DNA of 64,000 nucleotides from Pseudomonadales bacterium (GTDB lineage Bacteria; Pseudomonadota; Gammaproteobacteria; Pseudomonadales; Oceanobacteraceae), in the NCBI GenBank assembly GCA_963682115.1, contig OY821639.1, positions 877,846-941,845 of the forward strand. Reading direction: 5' to 3'. The notes beneath the pieces are model-generated. The model did no database searches and was not told the DNA's origin. It saw only the letters and a program-made list of their open reading frames with translations. Below, piece after piece: positions 8,070 to 17,833 of the stretch. Position 1 is the first letter of the stretch. Each line of letters starts with the position of its first letter. A program made the position numbers and the translations under genes.

Positions 8070-9500
8070 ATGAGCACTGTCTGGATTATTGACGATGACA
8101 AATCCATCCGCTGGGTACTGGAAAAGGCCCTTGAAGGTGAAAACATCCGCACCCGGGTGTTTGAGCAGGCGGAGCCGGCACTGTCAGCCCTGAAACGGGA
8201 GCATCCTGACGCCATTATTTCCGATATCCGTATGCCCGGAATGGATGGCCTGACGCTGCTGCGTCATGCCCACGAAGCCAACCCGGACCTGCCGGTGATT
8301 ATCATGACCGCTCATTCCGATCTGGAAAGTGCCGTGTCATCGTATCAACAGGGGGCATTCGAATATCTGCCGAAACCTTTTGACGTCGATGAAGCCGTTA
8401 ACCTGATCCAGCGTGCCATCGCGCACTTCGAAGAAATCAACGCCGCCTTGCCGCAGTCGGATGAGAATACCGAAGAACATGAAATCATTGGTGAAGCACC
8501 GGCGATGCAGGAAGTTTTCCGCGCCATCGGCCGTCTGTCACAGTCCAATATCACGGTTCTGATCAACGGTGAATCCGGTACCGGTAAAGAACTGGTGGCC
8601 CATGCGCTGCATAAACACAGCCCGCGCTCCGCCGAACCTTTTATCGCACTGAATATGGCGGCCATTCCGAAAGATCTGATTGAGTCCGAATTATTCGGTC
8701 ACGAAAAAGGCTCCTTTACCGGAGCCGGAGGCCAGCGCCGCGGCCGTTTTGAACAGGCCAACGGCGGCACCCTGTTCCTCGATGAAATCGGTGATATGCC
8801 GGCCGATACCCAGACCCGCCTGCTGCGGGTTCTGGCCGACGGTGAATTTTACCGCGTCGGCGGTACCACCCCGGTTAAAGTGAATGTCCGTATTATCGCC
8901 GCGACGCACCAGAATCTGGAAACCCTGGTAAAAGAAGGCCGTTTCCGTGAAGACCTTTTCCACCGCCTGAATGTGATCCGCATCCATCTGCCACGCCTGG
9001 CAGACCGCCGTGAAGATATTCCCAAACTGCTGGCCCACTTCCTGAAACGCGCCGCCGAAGAACTGGAAGTGGAAGCCAAAACCCTGCGCCCGGAAACCGA
9101 AGAATATCTGAGCTCCCTCGACTGGCCGGGTAACGTCCGTCAATTGGAAAATACCTGCCGCTGGATTACCGTCATGGCGTCCGGCCGTGAAGTGCTGATC
9201 AGTGATCTGCCGCCGGAACTGCTGGATCAGCAGGGCAGCGTGCACACCTCAGGCAACTGGGAACAGGCTCTGCGTTACTGGGCTGACCAGCAACTGACCA
9301 ACGGCACCACCAGCCTGCTGGATACTGCTGTGCCGGTCTTTGAACGCATCATGATTGAAACCGCGCTGAAACATACCGCCGGCCGCCGCCGTGATGCCGC
9401 CAACCTGCTGGGCTGGGGACGCAACACCCTGACGCGTAAAATCAAGGAACTGAATATGGATAGTCACGGTTCCGACGACGATGATGAGAGTGAAGAATAA
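8070..9500 (+). CDS. ntrC: Nitrogen regulation response regulator NtrC (sigma54 activator)
   Basis: 476 aa. It has a receiver domain (DDDKSIR...D..MPGMDG), an AAA+ domain (GESGTGKE, GSFTGA, FLDEIGDM) and a C-terminal Fis-type HTH (AANLLGWGRNTLTRKIKEL). Confidence 0.9.
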   Translation: MSTVWIIDDDKSIRWVLEKALEGENIRTRVFEQAEPALSALKREHPDAIISDIRMPGMDGLTLLRHAHEANPDLPVIIMTAHSDLESAVSSYQQGAFEYLPKPFDVDEAVNLIQRAIAHFEEINAALPQSDENTEEHEIIGEAPAMQEVFRAIGRLSQSNITVLINGESGTGKELVAHALHKHSPRSAEPFIALNMAAIPKDLIESELFGHEKGSFTGAGGQRRGRFEQANGGTLFLDEIGDMPADTQTRLLRVLADGEFYRVGGTTPVKVNVRIIAATHQNLETLVKEGRFREDLFHRLNVIRIHLPRLADRREDIPKLLAHFLKRAAEELEVEAKTLRPETEEYLSSLDWPGNVRQLENTCRWITVMASGREVLISDLPPELLDQQGSVHTSGNWEQALRYWADQQLTNGTTSLLDTAVPVFERIMIETALKHTAGRRRDAANLLGWGRNTLTRKIKELNMDSHGSDDDDESEE

Positions 9501-9509
9501 TCTTCACTC
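9488..9509. terminator. Perfect 9-bp hairpin spanning the ntrC stop codon, in the 12-nt gap to the convergent mshQ
   Basis: GAGTGAAGA-ATAA-TCTTCACTC. There is no U-tract on either side, so terminator function is uncertain. Confidence 0.3.
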
Positions 9510-9512
9510 CCG

Positions 9513-12500
9513 TCAGTAGACTTCCCGCCAGTAAATAATCCGGTCATGGCCGCGGTAAACACCAAAGGTGGCCGTGGCCGACGGTGATTCAAGATCACCA
9601 TCGCCGTCGAAATCATCCTGCAGCCACAGGGGCACCGTGTATTCCACGGCCACATCACCGGTATCCGGTGTTCCGTCGACCTCAACCGGAGCACGCAGCA
9701 ATACACCACGACTGCCCTCACCACTGACCAGTGTGGCGCTGTCACCAATAATTTCGCTTAACGTGGATGATAACGCGGCTGCCAGCGGCGCATCATACTG
9801 CCAGCAGCTGTCATCACTGTTCAGTACAAAGCGGCTGCCGTCATAATATTCGGTATGCAGATTCATCCCCAGATCCAGGGTTTCCGGGCCATACGCATTG
9901 TCCAGCCATAAGCGGCCATAACGGATCCCGAACTCCGCCTGCGGTGAAAAAGACAGGGTATTCAGCAGATCCACGCCATCACTGTCCGTTGCCGCCGCCA
10001 TGGTCAGATCGAGATCCGGCGAAAAAGGCGCCACCAGACTGAGCCGTGTTTTTTCATATTGCAGATAATCCGATTCCAGTGAACTGAAGTCATAATTCAC
10101 TACCCCCGGACTACTGACTGACAGTGACCCGGTATTGAGATTGCCGGAGACGGCAAGCAAAACAGCATCGGTACCGGTCGTGCTGCCATCCGCCTCAGGT
10201 AACGTCACACTGACAGCACTGGCCTGCAGCTTCATAAACCCGGCCGCCGTATAATTCTGTGTGGTCACTCCGGTGCTGTTCACCGCCGTTAACTGCATAC
10301 GCGGGGCCACCAGCCAGTTCATTTCCTGGCCGCTGTAACTGAAAGCCGTATCCGCACTGCAGAATGCCTGCAACTCTCCGCTATCGGTGACTGCCGCAAC
10401 GAAATGGTCGGGAATAAAACGCCCTGTGGGTTCACTGCGGCCCGGCGCAATATCATAGCCGAGATACTGTGCTGACGGCGTCACCACAAAACGGAACACC
10501 CCCACTTCCGACTGGCTCACCGTCACCGTATTCAGATTATCCTCAGCCGTCAGCTGGTTATAAACGGACGGTGTCACCGTGCCGTTAACGCCCGCTGCCG
10601 GGCTGACCAGTTCGCTGGTCAGCTGTAAACCACTGAGCGCAAAATCCGGCGTCGGCGTATTGCCAGTGCAGAAATCCGTATCCGCATCCGCTTCCCAGCC
10701 CACGGCCTGCACACTCAGCGGGAATGTTTCCCCCGCTTTTTTAAAGACGTCACAACTGCTGTCAGCGGCGGCACATTCGCCCCCGGTCTGCACACAGAAA
10801 CCTGCCGGAATACTGATGAACTGACCGTTACCGTCCAGATTTTCCAGAGTCAGTCCGTCGTCGTCACCACTGCCACGGTAGAGAGCGTTCAGCTGCATCA
10901 GTCCGGCATCGGCATAATTCAGTGCAAACGTGGCTTCGCCCTGACCGTTAAAATCCAGACTGACGGTCTGAGCACCGCTTGCACTGCTGCCGGCATCCGT
11001 ACCATTCACGGTAACCGGCCAGCTGACGATCCGGCTGCTGCTGTCCGGATCAATATAGGTTGACCAGAAACGGATATCACGGCTGACATCGGCAAAGGCC
11101 GGAACACAGGCTGTACCGGTATCGGATTTTTTTACCGCTTTCAGTACGGCGCTGTCTGTCCCCCGGGACGCCGTAATATCCGGAATATCCACCACAAAAC
11201 CGGCATCGGCAAACGTCAGGCTGCAGTGGCTGCTCAGCGCACCACCATCAATAGAACACAGATTGGTGGTGTAGGCCTGCTGCACTGGCTGTGATGTGCT
11301 CACGGCAAGATCCACACTGCCGGCGCTGGTATGCCACAGACTGAGGGTGCCGGATCCCCCGGAAATAACCTGCGTATCGCCGCCCTCCCAGCCGGAAGGC
11401 GACAGGGTTAAACTGACATCCCCGGTATACAACTCAGAACAGCTTGCGTTGGCGCAGGCTTTTACCAGTACCTCCTGTGGTGAACAGGTCAGGGCTGCAC
11501 TGGCGTAATAAAATTCAAAGTGATGCACCACCGCACCAATCGGATTGATGGTTCTGGCGCAGACTTCAAGGTTATCAATGGCGTGATTATTATAGGATGC
11601 ACCGGTTGAACCGGTCAGTGACAACAGCAGGTTATCCGGAATATCCGTCTGTCCGGATACCGCCATAATATCCACCGTATTAATCAGTGTGGTAAAACCA
11701 CCGCCCGTATCCCGTTCAACCGTCAGATAGGCAGCACTGCCAGTGCGGGCATCAATGGTAATACGGTAACGGTAGCCCGGCCTTGCCTGGTTATTACTGC
11801 GGTAATCAATTTCCGGGTTAAGATTAAATGCCCCGGTAATATACCGGTAACCATCCTGACCGGTGCCGGAACCACGCACCGTTACACTGTTCTCACGGAA
11901 TCCTGGCCCACCGAGCCGCCCTTCCGTCGGATTGGAAAAATTGCCGTATTCATCCAGAGCGATGCCGATCCAGCCGCCGGCAAACCCGGCATCACCGTTA
12001 TCCCGCTGCGCATAACCCAGTGAACCACCAAAACTCCCGGCCTGCGGCGTAATGGTCGCATCGGAAAAAACCAACGTAATACCATCCGCACCGGTCCAGG
12101 ATGATGACCAGGCATAATGATCAAACTCCACCTGAATAAGATTGCCATCGGCCGGAAATAAACGCTGCAGCGTGGCCGCCGTCGACTGATACGTCACCGC
12201 CTGTGTCAGCAGCAGACGCCGGTTATCGGTGGATGGGGTAAAGGAACCACTGAGGCGGGTCGCGATCCAGTCGTCCCCCAGTGCATTACGGCCAAAGGTA
12301 TCAGTCAGGCAGGTCAGAGGCTGATTGCCGCTGCAGGCTTCTTGCGGCGTGGAACCCGGCGTACAGGTACCGATCACGATACTGGTCCCATTCACAATCA
12401 CCGTGGTGTAATCCGGCGTCGTCAGATCGCCATACACCAGGGTGTCATTCAGTATGATCTCGCCCCATTGCGAATCAACCGTGACAGGCGCTGAGGGTGT

Positions 12501-13286
12501 GCCCACTGTGCTGCCGGTAAAGGTTACCTCTCCGGCATTGACCGAGCCTGAAAGCATCACCACGTTATCAAACGTTGCCGGATTGCCTCCGGCATAAAAA
12601 TCGCCCTGAATCGTGCCGTTGCTGATATCGAGTGAATTACTGCCGGAATAGGCACCGCCCAGCAGGTCAGTGCCGTCTGCCGTTATGGTGCAGCAGTTGC
12701 TGGTCACCAGTCCATCAACCTGCCCGCCGTTAAGCACGATACTGCCATTGGTTGCGGTAATGGTACCGGCCACATCCGTAGCTGTCAGATTCACACCATT
12801 ACCAGCGCTGATATCGCCGCTGACCGAGCCACCGTCCGTGGTAACCACCGAGTCGGTGGTGATACTGCCATTGACCGTGGTAGCGGCTAAATTAATCGCA
12901 CCGGATGCCGTAATGACATCACCGGTGATGGTATTGCTACCGGAAGCCACAATGCTGCCGTAGCCGCTCTGCAGGGTAATGGTTTTACTGCTGTCACCGA
13001 TAATATTGTTGTTCAGCTCAAAACCATTGTTGGCGTAAATAACAATATCATCCAACGATTCAAACCAGGATGTTGAGACATAAACCTCATCCCCCGGTGC
13101 CAGGGTTACCTTACCGGTACAGGTAAAGGTTGAACCGGAACGACTCCAGCTCCCCCCTTCACAGGGAGGAGGGTTATTTGGTGTAAAAATCCCACCAGAG
13201 CCAAAAGAATAAGTAGCTGCCCAGACCGGAAGTGAAACCCCCAACCAACAAAAAAACGTAATACAGCAGTTAACTGAAATCCTCAC
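9513..13286 (-). CDS. mshQ: MSHA biogenesis protein MshQ-like large secreted protein (1257 aa)
   Basis: It is the last gene of the msh structural operon and has a signal peptide. The N-terminal region is a Gly/Thr/Ser-rich beta-helix-like repeat, and residues ~330-575 form a lectin/LamG-like domain. Confidence 0.75.
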   Translation of the reverse strand: MRISVNCCITFFCWLGVSLPVWAATYSFGSGGIFTPNNPPPCEGGSWSRSGSTFTCTGKVTLAPGDEVYVSTSWFESLDDIVIYANNGFELNNNIIGDSSKTITLQSGYGSIVASGSNTITGDVITASGAINLAATTVNGSITTDSVVTTDGGSVSGDISAGNGVNLTATDVAGTITATNGSIVLNGGQVDGLVTSNCCTITADGTDLLGGAYSGSNSLDISNGTIQGDFYAGGNPATFDNVVMLSGSVNAGEVTFTGSTVGTPSAPVTVDSQWGEIILNDTLVYGDLTTPDYTTVIVNGTSIVIGTCTPGSTPQEACSGNQPLTCLTDTFGRNALGDDWIATRLSGSFTPSTDNRRLLLTQAVTYQSTAATLQRLFPADGNLIQVEFDHYAWSSSWTGADGITLVFSDATITPQAGSFGGSLGYAQRDNGDAGFAGGWIGIALDEYGNFSNPTEGRLGGPGFRENSVTVRGSGTGQDGYRYITGAFNLNPEIDYRSNNQARPGYRYRITIDARTGSAAYLTVERDTGGGFTTLINTVDIMAVSGQTDIPDNLLLSLTGSTGASYNNHAIDNLEVCARTINPIGAVVHHFEFYYASAALTCSPQEVLVKACANASCSELYTGDVSLTLSPSGWEGGDTQVISGGSGTLSLWHTSAGSVDLAVSTSQPVQQAYTTNLCSIDGGALSSHCSLTFADAGFVVDIPDITASRGTDSAVLKAVKKSDTGTACVPAFADVSRDIRFWSTYIDPDSSSRIVSWPVTVNGTDAGSSASGAQTVSLDFNGQGEATFALNYADAGLMQLNALYRGSGDDDGLTLENLDGNGQFISIPAGFCVQTGGECAAADSSCDVFKKAGETFPLSVQAVGWEADADTDFCTGNTPTPDFALSGLQLTSELVSPAAGVNGTVTPSVYNQLTAEDNLNTVTVSQSEVGVFRFVVTPSAQYLGYDIAPGRSEPTGRFIPDHFVAAVTDSGELQAFCSADTAFSYSGQEMNWLVAPRMQLTAVNSTGVTTQNYTAAGFMKLQASAVSVTLPEADGSTTGTDAVLLAVSGNLNTGSLSVSSPGVVNYDFSSLESDYLQYEKTRLSLVAPFSPDLDLTMAAATDSDGVDLLNTLSFSPQAEFGIRYGRLWLDNAYGPETLDLGMNLHTEYYDGSRFVLNSDDSCWQYDAPLAAALSSTLSEIIGDSATLVSGEGSRGVLLRAPVEVDGTPDTGDVAVEYTVPLWLQDDFDGDGDLESPSATATFGVYRGHDRIIYWREVY

Positions 13287-13696
13287 TGCACCATCACCTC
13301 CAGCGTTCTGACCGCCTGGTCTTCACCACTGCCACAACGCCCCTGACTGCTCAGGGTATAAAAGGTTTCGCCACTGTCAGTGATACTGCGGCAGGCAACA
13401 GAAACACGGCAACCATTCAGACCGGTCGCAGAAAACGTATGGCTGTAAAAAGGTGAGACGGAACAGCTGCGTGCCACACTACCGCCCGGAGGTAACAACA
13501 GATTAAGCGCCAGCTGCAGCCCCGATTCGGCACTGTAAAATGCACGGTGAGACTGTACCTGCAACGATACTGTGCGTGCGGATGATGACAGCAGCGATGA
13601 CATGGCAGCAATCACCAGCGCCAGTACCGTAACGACGAAAATAGCCGCCGGAAGACCAAAACCGGCCTGCCGGCGGAGAGGAAATTCAGGGCACAT
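13283..13696 (-). CDS. mshP: MSHA biogenesis protein MshP-like
   Basis: 137 aa with the N-terminal hydrophobic helix GFGLPAAIFVVTVLALVIAAM. It lies between mshO and mshQ. Confidence 0.65.
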   Translation of the reverse strand: MCPEFPLRRQAGFGLPAAIFVVTVLALVIAAMSSLLSSSARTVSLQVQSHRAFYSAESGLQLALNLLLPPGGSVARSCSVSPFYSHTFSATGLNGCRVSVACRSITDSGETFYTLSSQGRCGSGEDQAVRTLEVMVQ

Positions 13697-14477
13697 TATG
13701 AATCTGAACCTCCTGCGCGCTGGTCAGCTGATCCCCATTGGCAGCGGTCAGAATAAAACTGAACGACACCAGGCCATTACGTTTCAATGTCGGCGGACTA
13801 TAGTCAAACTGCAGCGAGCCCAGGCTCAGTCCGGCTGCCATGACTTCCCGCCCGGCGGCATAATCAGCCGGTAAGGCAGCAGGCAACTGTGACACCGCAT
13901 TAATAAAGCCATAACCTCGGTAGCGGTACAGCCAGGTCCCGTCCTGACAGAAGGTCTGGGGTGCCGCACTGATATACAGGCGTTGTTCCGGTGACGCCGA
14001 AGGAAAGCGATGAGGCTGCGGCAGATTAACCGTCACCAGTGCACTGCCCGCTGGCAGCGTCGCTGTGGCTGTGGTCAGCGGCCCGGTCGTGTCCGGGTTA
14101 TACAGATTGCCGTGAATCGGATAAACCGATAAATAACCGCTGTAATTGTCGCTGGCAGAAACCGGGATGGCCGTCAGCGAGGAAACCACCTGACCCGTAT
14201 CCAGTCCGCGATAGACCGTGGCCGCCAGTACCGGCATAAATTCAATACAGGCACCATCACTGGTGGTACGGATACTGCCCGGCAAGGCCTGACGCAGCTG
14301 ACGTGAAATCTGTTCATTGATGACAGCCGCCGTTGCTGCCAGTTGCTGCCTCGCTCCGGTATCAATCAGTGCCTGGCCACTGCCGGCAATAAACTGCACG
14401 GAAATCACCGCCACAATGCCGCCCACCATCATGGTGATCAGTAATTCAATCAGGGTAAAAGCAGACTGTTTCTGCAT
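13686..14477 (-). CDS. mshO: MSHA minor pilin MshO-like (prepilin-type N-terminal methylation motif)
   Basis: MQKQSAFTLIELLITMMVGGIV carries the class III signal (..AFTLIE..). Assignment also rests on operon position. Confidence 0.7.
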   Translation of the reverse strand: MQKQSAFTLIELLITMMVGGIVAVISVQFIAGSGQALIDTGARQQLAATAAVINEQISRQLRQALPGSIRTTSDGACIEFMPVLAATVYRGLDTGQVVSSLTAIPVSASDNYSGYLSVYPIHGNLYNPDTTGPLTTATATLPAGSALVTVNLPQPHRFPSASPEQRLYISAAPQTFCQDGTWLYRYRGYGFINAVSQLPAALPADYAAGREVMAAGLSLGSLQFDYSPPTLKRNGLVSFSFILTAANGDQLTSAQEVQIHNVP

Positions 14478-14971
14478 CAGAAATTTCCCCGGTAGGCAGT
14501 AAAGCGGCTGACACTGCCATCCACCGCGGTTATGGTCAGCTCGATACGCTTGGCACCGGCAGCATTAACCCCCACCGAATCATCACAGCTGACACGGACC
14601 GTCACACGATAACCGTTATACACAGAGGCCAGACTCTGATTGATCAGCGCCGGGGATTCATTACTGATGGCGTTATAGTCATCCACATCATCATAAGCTG
14701 AACGGCTTTCGCCATCGTTGGTAATACGGCAGCCAGTATAGGGAGGCACACCACCATTACCGGTTTCTTCATCAAAGCGGGCGGCAAGAATTTCATCCAG
14801 ATATAACTGCGCCAGATCCAGGGTACGGCTCTGAATCAGCGCCTCTGAACTGCGTCCGGCAAGCACAGAAAACGCTTTCAGGCTGGCCACCGCCGCCAGG
14901 CTGATAAGCAGAATAACGATAATCAGCTCAACCAGCGTAAAACCTTTTCTGTTACGGAAATACAGCGTCAT
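14477..14971 (-). CDS. mshD: MSHA minor pilin MshD-like
   Basis: RKGFTLVELIIVILLISLAAVA prepilin motif, plus operon position. Confidence 0.7.
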   Translation of the reverse strand: MTLYFRNRKGFTLVELIIVILLISLAAVASLKAFSVLAGRSSEALIQSRTLDLAQLYLDEILAARFDEETGNGGVPPYTGCRITNDGESRSAYDDVDDYNAISNESPALINQSLASVYNGYRVTVRVSCDDSVGVNAAGAKRIELTITAVDGSVSRFTAYRGNF

Positions 14972-15024
14972 AAACCATCCTGCCGGTTATTCTTCAGGCA
15001 GACAGAAAAGCCGGCCAGTATTAA

Positions 15025-15492
15025 TTATGGCTGACAATCGCCGGCATGCGAAAATCCCGTTGAGGTAATACAGAATGCGCCGGATTCAGCGCCACTCATG
15101 CGCCACTGATAATTGTTTCCCGTCGCGCCGTCAGCGGCATAACTGATGGTGCTGCTCTGACCATCCGCCAGCTGAGTACCATTCAGCGACAGTGACAGAC
15201 CATGGCGGTCAATATTATCAGTGACCAGGGTATTACTGCCCTGCAGCAGAGACAGCTGCCAGCGGGAAGACGTCTGCACCAGCGTCAGAGAGACAGTGGC
15301 GGAATCGCCACTGTTGGCCAGCGCGCGTTTCTGCGCCAGCAGAGAAAAAGCAATCATCTGATCACGCGCCGCCAGCGCAGAGAAAGTGTCCGGCCGCGCA
15401 AACAGAGACATAGCAACCGCGCTCAGAATCCCCAACAGAACGATAACCAGTATCAGTTCTGTCAGGGTAAAGCCGGACTGCCGGTTCCGCAT
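15025..15492 (-). CDS. mshC: MSHA minor pilin MshC-like
   Basis: Start trimmed to MRNRQSGFTLTELILVIVLLGILS. The longer track ORF would overlap the mshA 3' end. Confidence 0.7.
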   Translation of the reverse strand: MRNRQSGFTLTELILVIVLLGILSAVAMSLFARPDTFSALAARDQMIAFSLLAQKRALANSGDSATVSLTLVQTSSRWQLSLLQGSNTLVTDNIDRHGLSLSLNGTQLADGQSSTISYAADGATGNNYQWRMSGAESGAFCITSTGFSHAGDCQP

Positions 15493-15502
15493 TACTGAAA
15501 AA

Positions 15503-15976
15503 TCAGCAGCCACCATCGCTGTCTTTACCTGCAATCGCAGTAACAGCGCCTGTTCCTTCAGTATAAGTGAAGCTGCAAGTACCAAGAGTAACAGTCAGCA
15601 CCCCTGTTGCTGCAGCCAAACCATAATCGTTATCAGAAAGCTGTGCAGCTTCGACAATTCCTAACGTAGTCTCCGTGCTGGAAGTAACACCAGCACTATC
15701 GGCCTCTGGGTAACCACCTGTCGACATGGTGATGTCCTGACCTTCCAAATCGACAACTGTACCATTACCGCCGTCAGCCAGCCATTTGGCATGAGCAATA
15801 TTGGCAGCAGAACGCACCGCCCCGGAAGCTGCCTCAATCGATGAAGCTCTCGCATCCCCGCCCAGGTCCGCAAACCGCGGCAGCGCAAAGGCCGACAGCA
15901 CGCCAAGAATCACGATCACCATGATCAGCTCGATCAGGGTAAAACCAGCCTGTTGATTGAATGTGTTGTGTTTCAT
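15503..15976 (-). CDS. mshA: MSHA major pilin subunit (MshA/MshB-type)
   Basis: 157 aa. MKHNTFNQQAGFTLIELIMVIVILGVLSAFALPRF is followed by a C-terminal Cys pair (..GTCSF...GGC) forming a D-region. It is the only pilin gene between mshF and mshC. Confidence 0.8.
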   Translation of the reverse strand: MKHNTFNQQAGFTLIELIMVIVILGVLSAFALPRFADLGGDARASSIEAASGAVRSAANIAHAKWLADGGNGTVVDLEGQDITMSTGGYPEADSAGVTSSTETTLGIVEAAQLSDNDYGLAAATGVLTVTLGTCSFTYTEGTGAVTAIAGKDSDGGC

Positions 15977-15994
15977 CGTTCCGACTCCTGCTTG

Positions 15995-16528
15995 CTATCG
16001 GATGGTTAAGGTTACACGCCCGTCAGTGGCGCTGTAGTCAATAAAAGCTTCACCGTTCAGCCGCCGGTGCGGATCTGTAAAAACAAAACGGCAGCGGCCT
16101 TCATACGTAGCAGCACGGTAACTGCCGTTTTCTTTGTTAACGTCGGTCAGCAGCAGTGCACGCCACAGACGTTCACAACGCTCCGCCGAGTGGAACTCAG
16201 CCCGGATGTCCGCTTCCGTATCCGGTCGCACTACATCCACCGGCCAGCCCTGTCCTGATACCAGCACATTGCCAGCGGCAAATTTTTTCAGTACCTGTGC
16301 CTGCTGCGGATAGCCGGCCACGAACCACTGTTCATGGGCCTGCAATACCGAAGTCCGCAACGACATCGACGTTGCCTGAATCTGCATCCGCTGAGCATCG
16401 GCCAGCAAGCGCTGAAAAGCCATCAGTACCACCATTACCAGCACAGCCAACAACAGCAGCCCGGCCATCACCCGCAGGGCGCTGTAACCACGGCACGGAG
16501 ACAGAACGACACCTCTACCAGCAACCAT
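15995..16528 (-). CDS. mshF: MSHA biogenesis protein MshF-like (start uncertain)
   Basis: Single N-terminal TM helix, positioned between mshG and the pilin gene. An alternative start is M21 (MAGLLLLAV...). Confidence 0.5.
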   Translation of the reverse strand: MVAGRGVVLSPCRGYSALRVMAGLLLLAVLVMVVLMAFQRLLADAQRMQIQATSMSLRTSVLQAHEQWFVAGYPQQAQVLKKFAAGNVLVSGQGWPVDVVRPDTEADIRAEFHSAERCERLWRALLLTDVNKENGSYRAATYEGRCRFVFTDPHRRLNGEAFIDYSATDGRVTLTIR

Positions 16529-16600
16529 AGTTCAGCCGTTTTGTTTTTCCTGCAAAATTACCAAATAAAACAAAACAGAAACCGCCTTTGATGACATGTA

Positions 16601-17833
16601 TCACTTTCCTCCCGTCGCCACAGAACCGAGATCCCACACCGGCAGAAAAACCCCCAGCGCCAGAATCAGTACCAGTACGCCCATAAAGGTCAGCAGAATC
16701 GGTTCAACCGCATCAGCCACCTGCTTCAGCTCGTAATCAATTTCCTGTTCATAAAAATCGGCCACTTCGTTCAGCAGCTGGTCAATGGCTCCGGTCTCTT
16801 CACCAACTGACATCATCTGCAGCACCAGAGGGGTAAACAACCCGGTTGCCGCCGCGGTATTGGTCAGCCGGTCACCGCGCTCTACCCCCGATTGCATACG
16901 CCGGATGGCAGCACCGATATAACGGTTACCGACACTGTCGGCCACGATATTCAGGCTCTGCAGAATGGGAACACCGGCAGTAATCATCATCGCCAGAGCA
17001 CGGGAAAAACGCCCCAGGGCAATGCGTTCGAAAATGCTGCCGATCACTGGAATATGCAGACGTTTTTTATCCCACCACAGCGCGCCTTCCTCACTGCGCA
17101 GATAAAACCGGCCGCCGATAAAACCAATGACCAGCAGAATAAACAGCAAATGACCGTAATGCTGCACAAAGGAGGAAGCAGCGATCAGGATGCGCGTTGC
17201 CAGTGGCAACTCTGCCCCTAGTTTATCGAACACGCCGCTGAACGCCGGAATCACAAATACCGTAATCACTATCATGGCAATAATAATGGCGGTCACCACC
17301 ATCAGCGGATAACGCAGCGCTGCCTTCATGCGTTTGCGGGTTTCGCGCTCCATCTCCAGGTGATCAATTAATTTCAGCAGCGCGTCATCCAGACGCCCCG
17401 TGCTTTCGCCCACCTGCAGCAGACTGATATAAATCGGTGAAAATATATGCGGATGACGACGGAATGCCGATGACAGATCGGAGCCGGAGACCAGTGAGCG
17501 CGATATATCAGACAGACATTCACCCAGCGGTGCCGATGAAGCCGTGTCCGCCAGACCATTAATCGCACGCAGAATCGGAATACCGGCTTTGCTGAGCGCA
17601 TACAGCTGACGGGTAAAAAGAATCAGCTCATCGGCCTTCACTTTTTCGCCGGCGATACGTTGCCACAGACCGCCGGATGAACGCTGCGTTTCAGCACCCG
17701 CTTCTTCCAGCCCCAGTACCGTCACCTGCTGCTGGCGCAGCTGTTCCAGCGCAGACTGCTGACTGCCGGCCGTCAGTTTGCCGGTTACCGGCTGACCACC
17801 GACATCACGGCCACGGTAATTGAATTCAGCCAT
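16601..17833 (-). CDS. mshG: MSHA platform protein MshG (PilC/GspF family)
   Basis: 410 aa with duplicated GspF-type domains and three TM segments. Its start overlaps the mshE stop. Confidence 0.85.
   Translation of the reverse strand: MAEFNYRGRDVGGQPVTGKLTAGSQQSALEQLRQQQVTVLGLEEAGAETQRSSGGLWQRIAGEKVKADELILFTRQLYALSKAGIPILRAINGLADTASSAPLGECLSDISRSLVSGSDLSSAFRRHPHIFSPIYISLLQVGESTGRLDDALLKLIDHLEMERETRKRMKAALRYPLMVVTAIIIAMIVITVFVIPAFSGVFDKLGAELPLATRILIAASSFVQHYGHLLFILLVIGFIGGRFYLRSEEGALWWDKKRLHIPVIGSIFERIALGRFSRALAMMITAGVPILQSLNIVADSVGNRYIGAAIRRMQSGVERGDRLTNTAAATGLFTPLVLQMMSVGEETGAIDQLLNEVADFYEQEIDYELKQVADAVEPILLTFMGVLVLILALGVFLPVWDLGSVATGGK

Noticed and set aside
9464-9748. 94-aa minus-strand ORF bridging the ntrC/mshQ junction
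   Set aside because: It overlaps both the ntrC 3' end and mshQ out of frame, and its composition is implausible.
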